Notes: generated from the sequence alone by a model not told the origin. A DNA stretch of 64,000 nucleotides from Chloroflexota bacterium (GCA_963662335.2 CAXXVD010000003.1:492675-556674), one strand, 5' to 3'. Shown: positions 8,729 to 18,515, counted from the stretch's first letter. Made by a program: numbers and translations.

Positions 8729-9664
8729 CTACCCGTTGGAAGCGGCGCGGAGCATGTCGCGCATGGCCTGCACCAGGGCCAGGCCCTCGTCCCAGGGCCG
8801 TTGGAAGCAATTGCGGCCAAAGATGAAGCCGGTAGCGCCGGACTGCACCGCGATGCGCGCCTTTTCCAGGGCCTCTTCGTCGCTGGCGCGGGAACTGCCC
8901 GAAATCAGCACCAGCGTCTTCCCCGCCGACTGCACCGCCTTGGCCAGCGCCTCTTCCGCCGTGACCTGCATCGTGTCATACGGCGCGGGCGAGAGCTTGT
9001 CCTTCTCCGGGTCGATCTTGGGGATGTTTATCTTCACCACGTCCGCGCCGAGTTCTGAAGCCACGCGCGCGGCGTAGTCGATGGCGTAGAAGCTGTCGCG
9101 GCCGCCTTTGGCCTCCATGTGCTGGCCGCGCGGATAGGCCCACATGATCGTGGGCATGCCGAAGCGGTCGGCGTCCTGGCGCACCTGCCGCCACTGGGCG
9201 AAGTCCTCGTCCTGGCGCGACGAACCCATGTAGAGCGTGTAGCCGACGGCGTCGGCCCCCAAGCGCACGGCGTCTTCCACCGTGGCCTGGATGGGATTGA
9301 GCGGATCGTCGTCGGGCGGGATGTTCGTCTTGCCGTTCAGCTTCAGCACCAGCGGCATGCGGCCGGCGTAGGGGCGCATGTACTTCAGGGCCGTGCCGTA
9401 CTGCAAGGCTACGCCCGAAAACCCGCCCTCCAGCGCCAGCCGCCAGATGTAGTCCGGGTCCAGCGCAGCGGGATTGTCGAAGAAGTCCACCGGCCCGTGC
9501 TCCATGCCGTGGTCCACCGGCAAGAGCATCATGGCGCCGTTGCCGGGGCCGTAGCCGTAGAGCAGCCGCTGCAAACGCGCGTGCTTGCCCGGGCTTAGTT
9601 CAAGATCGTCCAGCGTGACTCGTCTCACCGCGGTCGAGTTTGCGTTGGCGACAGAGTCGGCCAT
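8729..9664 (-). CDS. class I fructose-bisphosphate aldolase family (DhnA/FbaB-like)
   Basis: Start MADSV at 9664 after AAGGAGG. LLPVDHGMEHGP, LKLNGKTN and VVKINIPK motifs of the COG1830 aldolase family. Confidence 0.8.
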   Translation of the reverse strand: MADSVANANSTAVRRVTLDDLELSPGKHARLQRLLYGYGPGNGAMMLLPVDHGMEHGPVDFFDNPAALDPDYIWRLALEGGFSGVALQYGTALKYMRPYAGRMPLVLKLNGKTNIPPDDDPLNPIQATVEDAVRLGADAVGYTLYMGSSRQDEDFAQWRQVRQDADRFGMPTIMWAYPRGQHMEAKGGRDSFYAIDYAARVASELGADVVKINIPKIDPEKDKLSPAPYDTMQVTAEEALAKAVQSAGKTLVLISGSSRASDEEALEKARIAVQSGATGFIFGRNCFQRPWDEGLALVQAMRDMLRAASNG

Positions 9665-9958
9665 GGTTGACCTCCTTATTGCACTACCGTGAAGGATGTC
9701 TTGGAGCGCACGCCCACCCTGCGCTCCCGGCTTCAGCGTCCACCGTTCCGCTTTCCCCTTTACTCTAGCATCTACACCGCTGCGGGAACGAGTCAGGCGG
9801 CGCGCTTGCGTCGCTTGGTCCGCCTCTTGGTAGCGCAGGATTGCAGCGTACGCCCGCATCGCGCCAAGCCGGACGATGGCAAATGGAAACGCGCCCATCG
9901 CTGCCGGTATTATTGATGTCTGGCACGATAACATGCGCTACGGCAAGGAAGGGGCGCA

Positions 9959-10336
9959 ATGCAAAGCAACGAGAAGAATCAGCGGGCGGACGAATACTTG
10001 CAGACCAGCCATGTCTCTCTCCGGCACGCGCAGCGCAGACTCGAGGCAGGCGACTTGCGCCAAGCCTCTGAAAGAGCCTGGGGCGCGGCGGCGCAGGCCG
10101 TGAAAGCGCTCGCCGAACAGAGAGGCTGGAAGCACTACACTCACGCGCACCTGTTCCAGCACGTAGACCGGTTTTCCGCTGAACTGGATAGCGCCGAACT
10201 CGGTAGGCTCTTCAGGAGCGCGAACTCCTTGCACGTCAACTTCTACGAGGGCGATCAGACGGACGTAGCCGTGCGCGGCGGCATCGAGGACGTGCGGCAG
10301 TTCGTGGGTAAGCTCGACGCCATCTTTGCGCGCTAG
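9959..10336 (+). CDS. PaREP1/HEPN-like four-helix protein
   Basis: 125 aa. SERAWGAAAQAVKALAEQRGW.H..H and ..ANSLHVNFYEG resemble the archaeal PaREP1 (HEPN-superfamily) pattern. RBS AAGGAAGGGG. Confidence 0.45.
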   Translation: MQSNEKNQRADEYLQTSHVSLRHAQRRLEAGDLRQASERAWGAAAQAVKALAEQRGWKHYTHAHLFQHVDRFSAELDSAELGRLFRSANSLHVNFYEGDQTDVAVRGGIEDVRQFVGKLDAIFAR

Positions 10337-10468
10337 GGAAGGTCGCCTTCTCGTAGCCTGACCTTGGGCGAAAAACCTCGCAGAGGGTGGGCGATTGGCT
10401 CCCTGCCGCTCCCTTTCAATCGGGCGCTGCGCCTTTCGCGCCTGCGGCAATGTGCGCTGCTCTGTATC

Positions 10469-10497
10469 TTGGCAATAGTCTTAGCCCGTGCTATACT
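10469..10497 (+). promoter_or_regulatory. sigma70-like promoter TTGGCA-17-TATACT
   Basis: Read directly about 100 nt upstream of the SBP start at 10601. Confidence 0.4.
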
Positions 10498-10600
10498 ACC
10501 TGCGCCTAAGTAGGTATGACGCGGGATTGTGTGTGTGATACACTGCTTGGCAGTTGAGTTGATGGACTCTATAAGCACGGTTTCATACAGGAGGAGACCG

Positions 10601-11989
10601 ATGGAGACCAAGTTTACCCGCAGGATGCTCATCGGCACGGCGGGCGCGCTGGGCGGCGGCGCATTGTTTGCCGCTTGCGCCACGGGCGGCGCAATGGCCC
10701 CGGCGGATGATGCGCCGGCCGAGGAAGAGGGCGAGGCCGCGGCCGAACAGGACATGGGCCCCATGGAAGTCAAGTTCTGGACGTACCAGGACTTCCTGCT
10801 GGAAGGCCACATCGGCAACGTGCTGCTCAACGAGTTCCAGGAAGCCAATCCCAACGTCGAACTGTCGCTCACGCCGACCCACATCGGCAGCGGCAGCAAA
10901 GAGAAGCTGATCACCGCGGCCGCGGCCGGCGCGCCGCCGGACGTCTTCTACATGGACCGCTATCTGGCCGGCCAGCTTTCCGCGCCGGGCTTCCTCCTGA
11001 ACCTGAACGACCACATCAAGGCGACGGCGGCGTTTAGCTGGGACGACATCTGGCCCAAGCTGCGGGACGACTGCACGTGGAAGGGCAACATCTACGGCGT
11101 GGGCCTGCACACCGACGCCCGCACGTACATGTTCAACGCGGACCACTTCATCGAAGTGGGCCTGGATCCGGAAAGCCCGCCCACCACGTGGGATGAACTG
11201 GAATCGGCCACGCTCCTGCTCCACAAGGCGGGTCAGGACGGCGTGATCGAGCGGCTTGGCTACTCCACCGGCCCGCCAGGCAATCCGCCGGTCGGCTTGC
11301 AGTGGTACATCCACTTCTGGCAGCAGGGCGGCGAATACCTCACGCCCGACAATAAGAACGTCAACTTCGACAATGAGTTGGGCGTGAACGCGCTCAAGTT
11401 CATGATCAACATGGTCGACCTTTGCGGCGGCAACGTGCGCATCGACGAGTTCCTGGGCCAGCAGCGGCCCGATCGCAACGATGCCTTCACCACCGGCGGC
11501 GTTTCGCAGATGATCGGCGGCCACTGGTATGCCGCCACGTACCGCAAGGCGTGGGAATCGGCAATCAACTTCAAGTCGGCGCCGATGCCGCTGCCGCCGG
11601 ACGGCGTGGCCACCAACTACCAGGGCGGCTGGGCGCTGGCGCAGCCCCAGGGCGCGGCCAATGCCGACGGGGGCTTCTCCCTCATCGAGTTCTTCTTGGA
11701 CGGGGACGTCAACCTGCGCTGGTCGGTCGGCGCCGGCGACTACATTCCCGCGCTCCAGTCGGCGTCATTCGGCGGCTACCTGGAGCAGGTGCCTGAGGCT
11801 TCGGCCTACCTGGCGGAACTGGAACTGGCCAAGTGGGTGCCGGTTATCCCCGGCAACGATGAGATCATCGGCATCAACATCGACATCTGGTTCCGGGCCT
11901 ACGCCAAGGAGATCACGCCCGAAGAGGCCAACAAGGAGCACGCCGACCGCGTGCAAGAGGTCCTCAACAAGTGGGCAGATCAACTGTAG
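10601..11989 (+). CDS. ABC transporter substrate-binding protein (family 1)
   Basis: METKFTRRMLIGTAGALGGGALFAACA Tat/lipobox signal after a CAGGAGGAG RBS. Clear paralog of the 34409-35788 product. Confidence 0.85.
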   Translation: METKFTRRMLIGTAGALGGGALFAACATGGAMAPADDAPAEEEGEAAAEQDMGPMEVKFWTYQDFLLEGHIGNVLLNEFQEANPNVELSLTPTHIGSGSKEKLITAAAAGAPPDVFYMDRYLAGQLSAPGFLLNLNDHIKATAAFSWDDIWPKLRDDCTWKGNIYGVGLHTDARTYMFNADHFIEVGLDPESPPTTWDELESATLLLHKAGQDGVIERLGYSTGPPGNPPVGLQWYIHFWQQGGEYLTPDNKNVNFDNELGVNALKFMINMVDLCGGNVRIDEFLGQQRPDRNDAFTTGGVSQMIGGHWYAATYRKAWESAINFKSAPMPLPPDGVATNYQGGWALAQPQGAANADGGFSLIEFFLDGDVNLRWSVGAGDYIPALQSASFGGYLEQVPEASAYLAELELAKWVPVIPGNDEIIGINIDIWFRAYAKEITPEEANKEHADRVQEVLNKWADQL

Positions 11990-12095
11990 ACGGCGTACTT
12001 CGCTAGGCAGCGCCGCCGGCTCCCGGTTCCGTACGCGCGTACGGGACAGGCTGGGAGCGTGCCTGCCCTGAGTTTGTTGTAAGGATCGAGAAAGG

Positions 12096-12415
12096 TAGAA
12101 CGCCACTCCCGCCGTTCGTGCTGAGCTTGTTGAAGCGCGAACGGCGGGAGTGGCGTTCTATTTTCACAAGCAAGTCACGTCTCATGGTCGTCACGCGCGT
12201 CGCAAGCCCAATGTTGTCGTGTTAATCCGGTGCTTATGCCGTTCACCCTTCGACTTGGCGCAGGGCGAACGGCAAGAGCATGGGATCGTTGGCCTTGGGC
12301 GCTCTACCCCCCGTTCATACTTCGACAGGCTCAGCACGAACGGGGGGGGGTAGAGCGCCACAACCGCTACTTCGTTTTCTTCCCCGTTCACCCTTCGGCA
12401 AACTCAGGATGAACG
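12096..12415. repeat. cluster of four F-family hairpins (CCGTTCn..TTCGACnnGCTCAGn..GAACGG)
   Basis: Copies at 12096-12160 (65-bp palindrome), 12239-12272, 12299-12358 (C6/G9 arms) and 12384-12415. Confidence 0.75.
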
Positions 12416-12605
12416 CCGCGACGAAGAATTTCGATTCGGGAGCATGTTGGATTTCTCGCTGCGCTCGGAATGACAGAAGCTGTTAATGCTGTCTCGCGGA
12501 CAGGAATGTTCTCGACAAAGTGAGTCAACATTTATGGGAATAACATGAACCGCTACCTTGTAAAGACTGCAAGCCAAGATCTACTTATTCCCGCTTGCTC
12601 GTCGT

Positions 12606-12634
12606 TTGACTAGATAGTCTAATTTTCCTATAAT
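12606..12634 (+). promoter_or_regulatory. near-consensus sigma70-like promoter TTGACT-17-TATAAT
   Basis: Read directly in an AT-rich patch 29 nt upstream of the methyltransferase ATG (RBS AAAGGAG). Confidence 0.55.
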
Positions 12635-12662
12635 AGTTTTCAATAATGAAAGGAGCGCAGGT

Positions 12663-13574
12663 ATGGATGACCCGCTGCCGGCAACGCCTGACTATACGAT
12701 GGGCTTTAGCGAGGAATTCATCCATGCGCTGCGGCGGTTTACGGCGGATACGAGCGCCGCGCACCTCTTGCCCTGCCTCAGGCCCGGGCAGCGCTTGCTG
12801 GACTTTGGCTGCGGGCCGGGCACCATCTCGTCGGGATTGGCCGGGGCGGTGGCTCCCGGCGAAATGCACGGCGTCGACATGGAAGAGTCCCAGGTGGAGT
12901 TGGCGCGTTCCGTCGCCCGGGCGCATGGCCGCGACAACGCCCAGTTCCACGTTGGCGACGTGACGGACCTGCCGTTCGATGACGGCTACTTCGACGTTGC
13001 CCACTGCTCGAACGTGCTCATGCACGTGCCCGACACCGCCGCCGTGCTGGACGAGATAATGCGGGTCTTGAAGCCCGGCGGCATCCTGGCGTGCCGGGAG
13101 ATGATCGTCGACGCCAGCTTCTCCCATCCCACCCTTGGCGTTCTGGACAGAGCATGGGACATGTTCGCGGATCTCCTGATCGCCGACGACGGCCACCCGA
13201 ATATGGGCAAGCGGTTGAAGAATCACGTCGTGGCGGCCGGGTTTGCCAACGTGCGGATACAGTTGACGTTCGATTCATTCAGCGCGCCCGCGGACGTCAT
13301 GTTCATCTACGGCGTGGCCCAGCAGTGGTTCTTGTCCCCGGAAATCACGGAAGCGGCCATCAAGTACGGCGCCTCCACGCGGGAACTCTGCGACAGCATC
13401 GGCGCCGCCTATGAGGATTGGCTCGCCCACCCCGGCGCTTTCGCCGCCGTTGCCTACGGCGAAGCCCTGGCCACCCGGCCGTCGTTTGACGGGGGGGGGG
13501 GGGGTACCTCCAAGCCCTCGAGGCGTGAGCGCCTCCCGGCTTCCCTGACACCGCCGACACTACCGCTATCGTAG
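12663..13574 (+). CDS. class I SAM-dependent methyltransferase
   Basis: LLDFGCGPGTIS (motif I) and DVAHCSNVLMHVPD patterns. The C-terminal 30 aa run through a G14 tract and are absent from the downstream paralog. Confidence 0.8.
   Translation: MDDPLPATPDYTMGFSEEFIHALRRFTADTSAAHLLPCLRPGQRLLDFGCGPGTISSGLAGAVAPGEMHGVDMEESQVELARSVARAHGRDNAQFHVGDVTDLPFDDGYFDVAHCSNVLMHVPDTAAVLDEIMRVLKPGGILACREMIVDASFSHPTLGVLDRAWDMFADLLIADDGHPNMGKRLKNHVVAAGFANVRIQLTFDSFSAPADVMFIYGVAQQWFLSPEITEAAIKYGASTRELCDSIGAAYEDWLAHPGAFAAVAYGEALATRPSFDGGGGGTSKPSRRERLPASLTPPTLPLS
13491..13504. repeat. homopolymeric G14 tract
   Basis: Counted codon by codon back from the ORF stop (GGG x4 + GG of GGT). Confidence 0.9.
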
Positions 13575-13590
13575 CGCACCGCAAAGGAGC

Positions 13591-14427
13591 GTGCCACGTA
13601 TGGACGAACGACCGCCGGGAGCGCCCCCAAAAGCGGCGTATACGCGCGAGGAACTCTACAGTTTCGCACAGAAGTACAGCGCGGCATCCAGCGCCCGGCA
13701 TCTGTTGCCGTTGCTCGGGCCGGGCCTGCGGCTGTTGGACTTTGGCTGCGGCCTGGGCACCATATCCACCGGCTTGGCCGACGCAATCGCGCCCGGCGAG
13801 TTGCACGGCGTCGACGTGGACGGCTGGCAGATTGAAATTGCGCGGTTCGTCGCGCGGGAGCGCGGCTGCCAGAACGCGCACTTCCAGGTGGGCGACGTGA
13901 CCGACCTGCCGTTCGAGGACGACTTCTTCGATGTTGCCCACGGCCACAACGTGCTCATGCACGTGCCGGATACCGCCGCCGCCCTGGCCGAGTTGAAACG
14001 GGTCTTGAAACCCGGCGGCGTGCTGGCCTGCCGCGAGATGATCGTCGGCTCATGCTTTGGACATCCCGACTTTGGCGTCACGGCAAGTTCCTGGGAGATG
14101 TTCGCGGACATGATCGGGTCTGAAGACGGCCATCCGCAGATGGGCAAGGACATGAAGGAACACATCGTTGCGGCCGGCTTCGAGAACCTCCGGGTTACGG
14201 CGTCGTTCGACACGTACAGCGCGCCGGCAGACGTAGCCTTCGCGTACGCCTTTGCCCTCAAGTGGTTCTTGTCGCGCGACTTTACGGACGCGGCGATCAA
14301 GTACGGGGCGACCACGGAGGAACTCGCCGCGAAGGTCCGCACCGCCCACGATAAGTGGAAAGACCATCACGGGGCGATTGCGGCCGTGGCGCATGGCGAG
14401 GCCATCTCCAATAAGCCCGCGGCCTAG
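13591..14427 (+). CDS. class I SAM-dependent methyltransferase (tandem paralog)
   Basis: LLDFGCGLGTIS, DVAHGHNVLMHVPD. Collinear with the upstream gene. Confidence 0.8.
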   Translation: MPRMDERPPGAPPKAAYTREELYSFAQKYSAASSARHLLPLLGPGLRLLDFGCGLGTISTGLADAIAPGELHGVDVDGWQIEIARFVARERGCQNAHFQVGDVTDLPFEDDFFDVAHGHNVLMHVPDTAAALAELKRVLKPGGVLACREMIVGSCFGHPDFGVTASSWEMFADMIGSEDGHPQMGKDMKEHIVAAGFENLRVTASFDTYSAPADVAFAYAFALKWFLSRDFTDAAIKYGATTEELAAKVRTAHDKWKDHHGAIAAVAHGEAISNKPAA

Positions 14428-15308
14428 CGGTCGGGCGCTTGCCCGCCGGGTGTTTCCGCGCCGGCCGGCGTCCCGCCGCCGCTTTCCACGCCCCCATCGA
14501 GCGGGGCAAGCACGGTCACCCGCGGCGCGCCGAGCGCCGGGTCGTGCGCCACCGTCGCCTCCACGTTGAAGACGTGCGCCAGGTTCTCCGGCGTAAGCAC
14601 GTCGGCCACCGTTCCCCGCGCGTGCGCCTTGCCCCGATGCAGCAGCGCCAGCCGGTCGCAGTAGCGCGCCGCCAGGTTGAGGTCGTGCACCACGGCAATG
14701 GCGGCAAGCCCCTGGCGCACCAGGCCGCGAATCAGTCCAAACACCTGGAGTTGGTGCTGCACGTCCAGCCCGGCGGTCGGCTCGTCCAGCAAAAGCAGGC
14801 GCGGCTGCTGCGTGAGCGCCCGCGCCAGGAGCACCCGCTGCCGCTCACCGGCGGAAAGTTCGGTGATCACGCGCGCGGCGAACTCCTCGGTACCGGTCTC
14901 CGCCAGGCTCTGCCGCGCAATGGCGCGGTCCCGCGCGCCCTCGGCCTGAAACCGCCCCAAATGGGGATTGCGCCCCATCAAGACCACCTCCAGGCACGTA
15001 AACGCGAAATCGAGCGTGGCGCTCTGGGGCAGGAGCGCGATCCGGCGCGCGATCTCCTGGGGCGATTGGCGCGACAGGTCTCTGCCGTCCAGTCGCACCT
15101 GGCCGGCGTCGGGCGCGAGCAACCGGCTGAGGCACTTGAGCAGAGTCGTCTTGCCCGCGCCATTGGGCCCAATGAGACCCAGCAGACTCCCGCCGCGCAC
15201 CTCCAGCGAAACGTCCTCCAATAACCGCGCCAGGCCTACGGCATAGGAAACGTCTTCGGCGCTGAGCGCGGCGCCGGCGCTGCGCCTGGTATCAGGCGGG
15301 GCGCTCAT
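14424..15308 (-). CDS. ABC transporter ATP-binding protein (iron-siderophore/cobalamin type)
   Basis: Start M146 of the long ORF (ATGA overlap with the permease stop). Walker A GPNGAGKTT, signature LSAGERQR, Walker B LLLLDEP. Confidence 0.9.
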   Translation of the reverse strand: MSAPPDTRRSAGAALSAEDVSYAVGLARLLEDVSLEVRGGSLLGLIGPNGAGKTTLLKCLSRLLAPDAGQVRLDGRDLSRQSPQEIARRIALLPQSATLDFAFTCLEVVLMGRNPHLGRFQAEGARDRAIARQSLAETGTEEFAARVITELSAGERQRVLLARALTQQPRLLLLDEPTAGLDVQHQLQVFGLIRGLVRQGLAAIAVVHDLNLAARYCDRLALLHRGKAHARGTVADVLTPENLAHVFNVEATVAHDPALGAPRVTVLAPLDGGVESGGGTPAGAETPGGQAPDR

Positions 15309-16375
15309 AGAATCGTGCCCGCGCGCCGCTGGCGGTAGAGCAGGTAGAGGAAGAAGGGCGCGCCAAAGAAAGCGGTGATCAGCCCCACCCGCAACTCCTG
15401 CGGCCGCAAGAGCAGTCGCGAGCCGAAGTCCGCCCACGTGAGCAGTACCGCGCCGGTGAGTAGACTGGTGGGCAGCACGAGGCGGTGATCCGGCCCCACC
15501 ACCAGGCGCACCATGTGCGGCACCACCAGGCCGACGAAGCCGATGATGCCGCTCACCGCTACGGCCACCGCCGTTATCAGCGCCGCCAGCGTCAGCATGA
15601 TCAGGCGCACGCGGCGCACGTCCACGCCCATGCTGCGGGCGGTGTCCTCGCCCAAGGCCATCAGATTGAGGTCGCGCCCGAAGCAGAGCAGGAGCAGACT
15701 GCCGATGACGATGAACGGCAGGATGAGTTGCACGTGGGTCCAACTGCGCGCGCCCAGACTGCCCGTGAGCCAGAAGACGATCTCGCGCATGGCGTTGACG
15801 TCCGCCGTGAGCGTGAGCGCCGCCGAGATGACGGCGCCGATGAAGGCTTGCACCGCCACGCCGGCCAGGATCATCGTCATGAGCGGGTCTACGCCCCGCG
15901 CGGCCGCCAGCAGGTAGACCAGCATCACCGCGCCCAGCGCGCCCAAGAAGGCCAGCGCCGGGGTCGCTAGATAGTGCAGGCTGCGCAGGCCGAAGTGAAT
16001 GGCAATCACCGCGCCCAGCGCGCCGCCCGCGGAGACGCCGATGATGCCGGGGTCGGCGAGCGGATTGCGGAAGACGCCCTGCATGGTGGCGCCGGCCAGC
16101 GCCAGCGCCGCGCCCACCAGCGCCGCCGTCAGCGCGCGCGGCAAGCGCACGTGGCTGATGACGCTCCAGTGCACGTCGCTCGCCGCCGCGCCGATGGGCA
16201 GTCCCAGCCGCTGCGCGACGATGGACGCCGTAACGCCCAGGGGCACGTCCACGGCGCCAAACGCCATGGTGACCACGAACGAGAGCACGAGCAGCAGCGT
16301 GAGCAGGCCCAAAGCCAACGCCAATCTGAGTGCCAGCGGCGCTTGGACGTCCAGTGTCCGCCGCAGCACGCTCAC
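15305..16375 (-). CDS. FecCD/BtuC-family ABC permease
   Basis: GTG start overlapping the SBP stop (GTGA). Motifs RLPRALTAALVGAALALAGATMQGVFRNPLADP and TAFFGAPFFLYLL typical of FecCD. Confidence 0.9.
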   Translation of the reverse strand: MSVLRRTLDVQAPLALRLALALGLLTLLLVLSFVVTMAFGAVDVPLGVTASIVAQRLGLPIGAAASDVHWSVISHVRLPRALTAALVGAALALAGATMQGVFRNPLADPGIIGVSAGGALGAVIAIHFGLRSLHYLATPALAFLGALGAVMLVYLLAAARGVDPLMTMILAGVAVQAFIGAVISAALTLTADVNAMREIVFWLTGSLGARSWTHVQLILPFIVIGSLLLLCFGRDLNLMALGEDTARSMGVDVRRVRLIMLTLAALITAVAVAVSGIIGFVGLVVPHMVRLVVGPDHRLVLPTSLLTGAVLLTWADFGSRLLLRPQELRVGLITAFFGAPFFLYLLYRQRRAGTIL

Positions 16376-17367
16376 GGCACGAGCTCGGGGTGGAGCAGCC
16401 GTGCCACGTCGTAGACGCCTGCCACGATATAGTGCGAGAGCGTGGAGAGATGGCGCGCGGGCACGGTGTGGATGCGGCCGTTGCGCTTGGCGTTCACGTT
16501 TGCCAGGGCGGGATGATTGGCGAATGTTTCCCGCCACTCGGCATTGTCTTCAGGCGCGAACTCGTCGGTAATGATTACGTCCGGATTGAGTTCCACGATC
16601 TTCTCCAGCGAAATCTCGCCAAAGGGGCCGTCCAGCGCCTCGTCCCCGAGGTTTACGCCGCCGGCGCGCCGCACGATGTCGCTGAACGTCGAACCCGGCC
16701 CGGCGGAACTGCCAAAGGCGGTGTAGAAGAGCACGCGGGGTTTCACCTCAGCCTTAGCTACTTGCGCTTCGATCCGCGCGAGCCGCTTCGCCATGGCGGC
16801 GATGAGTTCCTCGGCCCGCGCCTCGTCGCCGGTGAGCCGCGCGACGAAACGGATGTTATCCGCTACCTGCGCCACCGAATCGAAGAGCGACACCACCACG
16901 ACCGGTACGCCGGCGTCTCTGAGCAACTTCAGGTGAGCGGGATCGTTATAGGTGGCGGCCAAGACGAGGTCCGGCTCCAGGGCGATTATCTGCTCCGGGT
17001 CGGACTGCACGGTATGCGCGACCTGCTTGGCTTGCTCGCTTACGTTCGTCCACAGCGAGTCTGCGGCCAGGTACGTGACGGCGCGCACGCGGGTTGTGTC
17101 TACCAACGAGAGCAGGATTTCGTCCGTCGCCAGGGTGAGCGAGACGATGCGCTGCGGCTTGTGCGCAATCGTGACCGCGTGTCCCGACCCATCCGTGATG
17201 GTGCGGGGAAAGCCCTGGCTGTCCGCCGGCGCTGCTGCCGTGGCGGCAGGCGCGGCTTCTTTGGTCTCCGGCGCGGCCGCCGGCTGCACGGCGCAACCGG
17301 CCAGCAACGCCGCCAGGCCGAGCAATAGACTAATGAGCGAACGTCGCGTGCGCCTAGACGAATACAT
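16372..17367 (-). CDS. periplasmic binding protein of iron-siderophore/cobalamin ABC importers
   Basis: Lipoprotein signal LISLLLGLAALLAGC from the ATG at 17367 after AAGGAAGG. IVSLTLATDEILL pattern of the PF01497-type family. Confidence 0.8.
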   Translation of the reverse strand: MYSSRRTRRSLISLLLGLAALLAGCAVQPAAAPETKEAAPAATAAAPADSQGFPRTITDGSGHAVTIAHKPQRIVSLTLATDEILLSLVDTTRVRAVTYLAADSLWTNVSEQAKQVAHTVQSDPEQIIALEPDLVLAATYNDPAHLKLLRDAGVPVVVVSLFDSVAQVADNIRFVARLTGDEARAEELIAAMAKRLARIEAQVAKAEVKPRVLFYTAFGSSAGPGSTFSDIVRRAGGVNLGDEALDGPFGEISLEKIVELNPDVIITDEFAPEDNAEWRETFANHPALANVNAKRNGRIHTVPARHLSTLSHYIVAGVYDVARLLHPELVP

Positions 17368-17516
17368 AGAGTCCCTTCCTTTGGGGTGGGTGATGCAGCG
17401 AAGCGGCATCGCCAAGATGCCGGCAAGAGCGCACGCTCTGGAGGAGCGCAGGTCGGCGCGACCGCATGGTTGGCGCGAGCGTACGAGCCACTGCGCTGCG
17501 CCGGTTCCGGCGCGGT

Positions 17517-17593
17517 TGGCCTCCCTGGGGCGACTCGAACGCCCGACACGCAGTTTAGGAAACTGCTGCTCTATCCAACTGAGCTACAGGGAG
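17517..17593 (-). tRNA. tRNA-Arg (anticodon CCT), CCA encoded
   Basis: Folded by hand: acceptor CTCCCTG/CAGGGAG, D arm GCTC-AGTTGGATA-GAGC, anticodon arm GCAGT-TTCCTAA-ACTGC, T arm GGGCG-TTCGAGT-CGCCC, then G-CCA. Unusual C1:G72 pair. Confidence 0.85.
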
Positions 17594-18018
17594 TTGCCGA
17601 GACGCATACGCGGGTGCTTAATCCCATTATGCCGTAGCTGCACGATCCCTGCATGGCGATTACCGCTTGCTATATATTGTGTGGCGGCAAGTCTAAAACA
17701 CAATATATTGGCTTGTCAAGGAAAAACGCGCGCTTGCGAGAAGAGTTCCTCGAAACACGTGTGCCGGTGAAACCTATTTTCGTTTCCGCCAGCGAGATTG
17801 AGTCAGCGCGGCATCTAAGCGGGGAAACTGCCCGTCACAATTAAATTGGCTAGAGAAAGAGGCTTCATGGGGCTAGACGAGGCTACGCCCAACGGGATGC
17901 CGACAGCATAGTCAGCATGGCAAAGCCGCTGCGCTAAGCATTCCCTTGCGTGGGCGGCTAGTCAGATGAATGGTTCCCCCAGCTAACTACCCTCTTTCAT
18001 GCTCGACTCTTTCCGAGC

Positions 18019-18048
18019 AAAACCCCCCGCCACTCGGCGGGGGGTTTT
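18019..18048. terminator. bidirectional intrinsic terminator AAAACCCCCCGCC-ACTC-GGCGGGGGGTTTT
   Basis: 13-nt arms: a 9-bp G/C core flanked by A4 and T4 tracts that can also pair. Lies 12 nt beyond the stop of the protease gene. Confidence 0.65.
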
Positions 18049-18059
18049 GACTTCCGAGA

Positions 18060-18515
18060 CTAGCCGGTGGGAGGAACACCGTTTTGAATAGTCTCAGCGC
18101 CTGATCTCCCGTCATAATTCATGACGAAGTCTCGCAGGAACGATCTGCCAAGAATCGCTAGATGCTGTTGGCCTCCCGCGTGAAGGTACACCCCAGAAAA
18201 TCTCCCGTAGAGGAAACTATCTAGAGCCGGAATGGAAACTTGGGCTAAGTACTCTGGCACAAACCCTGTCCCGTGAGCGCCTGCGACCTTCCCTTCCCCA
18301 ACAAGCGGCAGTTTCAAGTACTTGGCGAGCGCTACATCGATTGCACTGAGGGTTGCGCCCGTATCAACCAACGCGGAGAATTTCTCAGGCGGAAGTGTGG
18401 GGGCTCTAGCCTTTCCGGTGAAATAGTCAAAGTCGAATCCTACTTTAACTTCAAGGCTAGGGCCGTCCGTGAATAGTTGCAATGGGTCATTGGGTTGACA
18501 AACAGCAAAGCTCAT
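18060..18515 (-). CDS. free-standing retropepsin-like (clan AA) aspartyl protease
   Basis: 151 aa. ALVDTGATLSAID (DTGA at residues 51-54), GAHGTG flap-like segment, C-terminal AILGRSFLRDF. No signal peptide or TM. Confidence 0.65.
   Translation of the reverse strand: MSFAVCQPNDPLQLFTDGPSLEVKVGFDFDYFTGKARAPTLPPEKFSALVDTGATLSAIDVALAKYLKLPLVGEGKVAGAHGTGFVPEYLAQVSIPALDSFLYGRFSGVYLHAGGQQHLAILGRSFLRDFVMNYDGRSGAETIQNGVPPTG

Noticed and set aside
12003-12486. Small ORFs in the 12.0-12.5 kb spacer
   Set aside because: All are translations of F- and A-family hairpins (FDRLSTNGG, PFTLRLGAG and the like) in several frames.
15309-15743. N-terminal 145-aa extension of the ABC ATPase ORF (and similar extensions at 16376-16537 and 51146-51916)
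   Set aside because: The extensions are Arg/Pro/Gly-rich and overlap the upstream genes. The conserved domains begin at internal starts that overlap the upstream stop (ATGA/GTGA) or follow an intergenic gap.
17368-17516. Possible cobalamin riboswitch upstream of the BtuF/FecB-like binding-protein gene
   Set aside because: A B12-box-like GCCACTG occurs only on the plus strand, which is antisense to the operon leader. No other cobalamin-riboswitch blocks are seen on the correct strand.
17653-17844. 63-aa ORF upstream of tRNA-Arg
   Set aside because: It has no RBS, overlaps the AT-rich inverted repeat and a putative tRNA promoter, and has no recognisable family.
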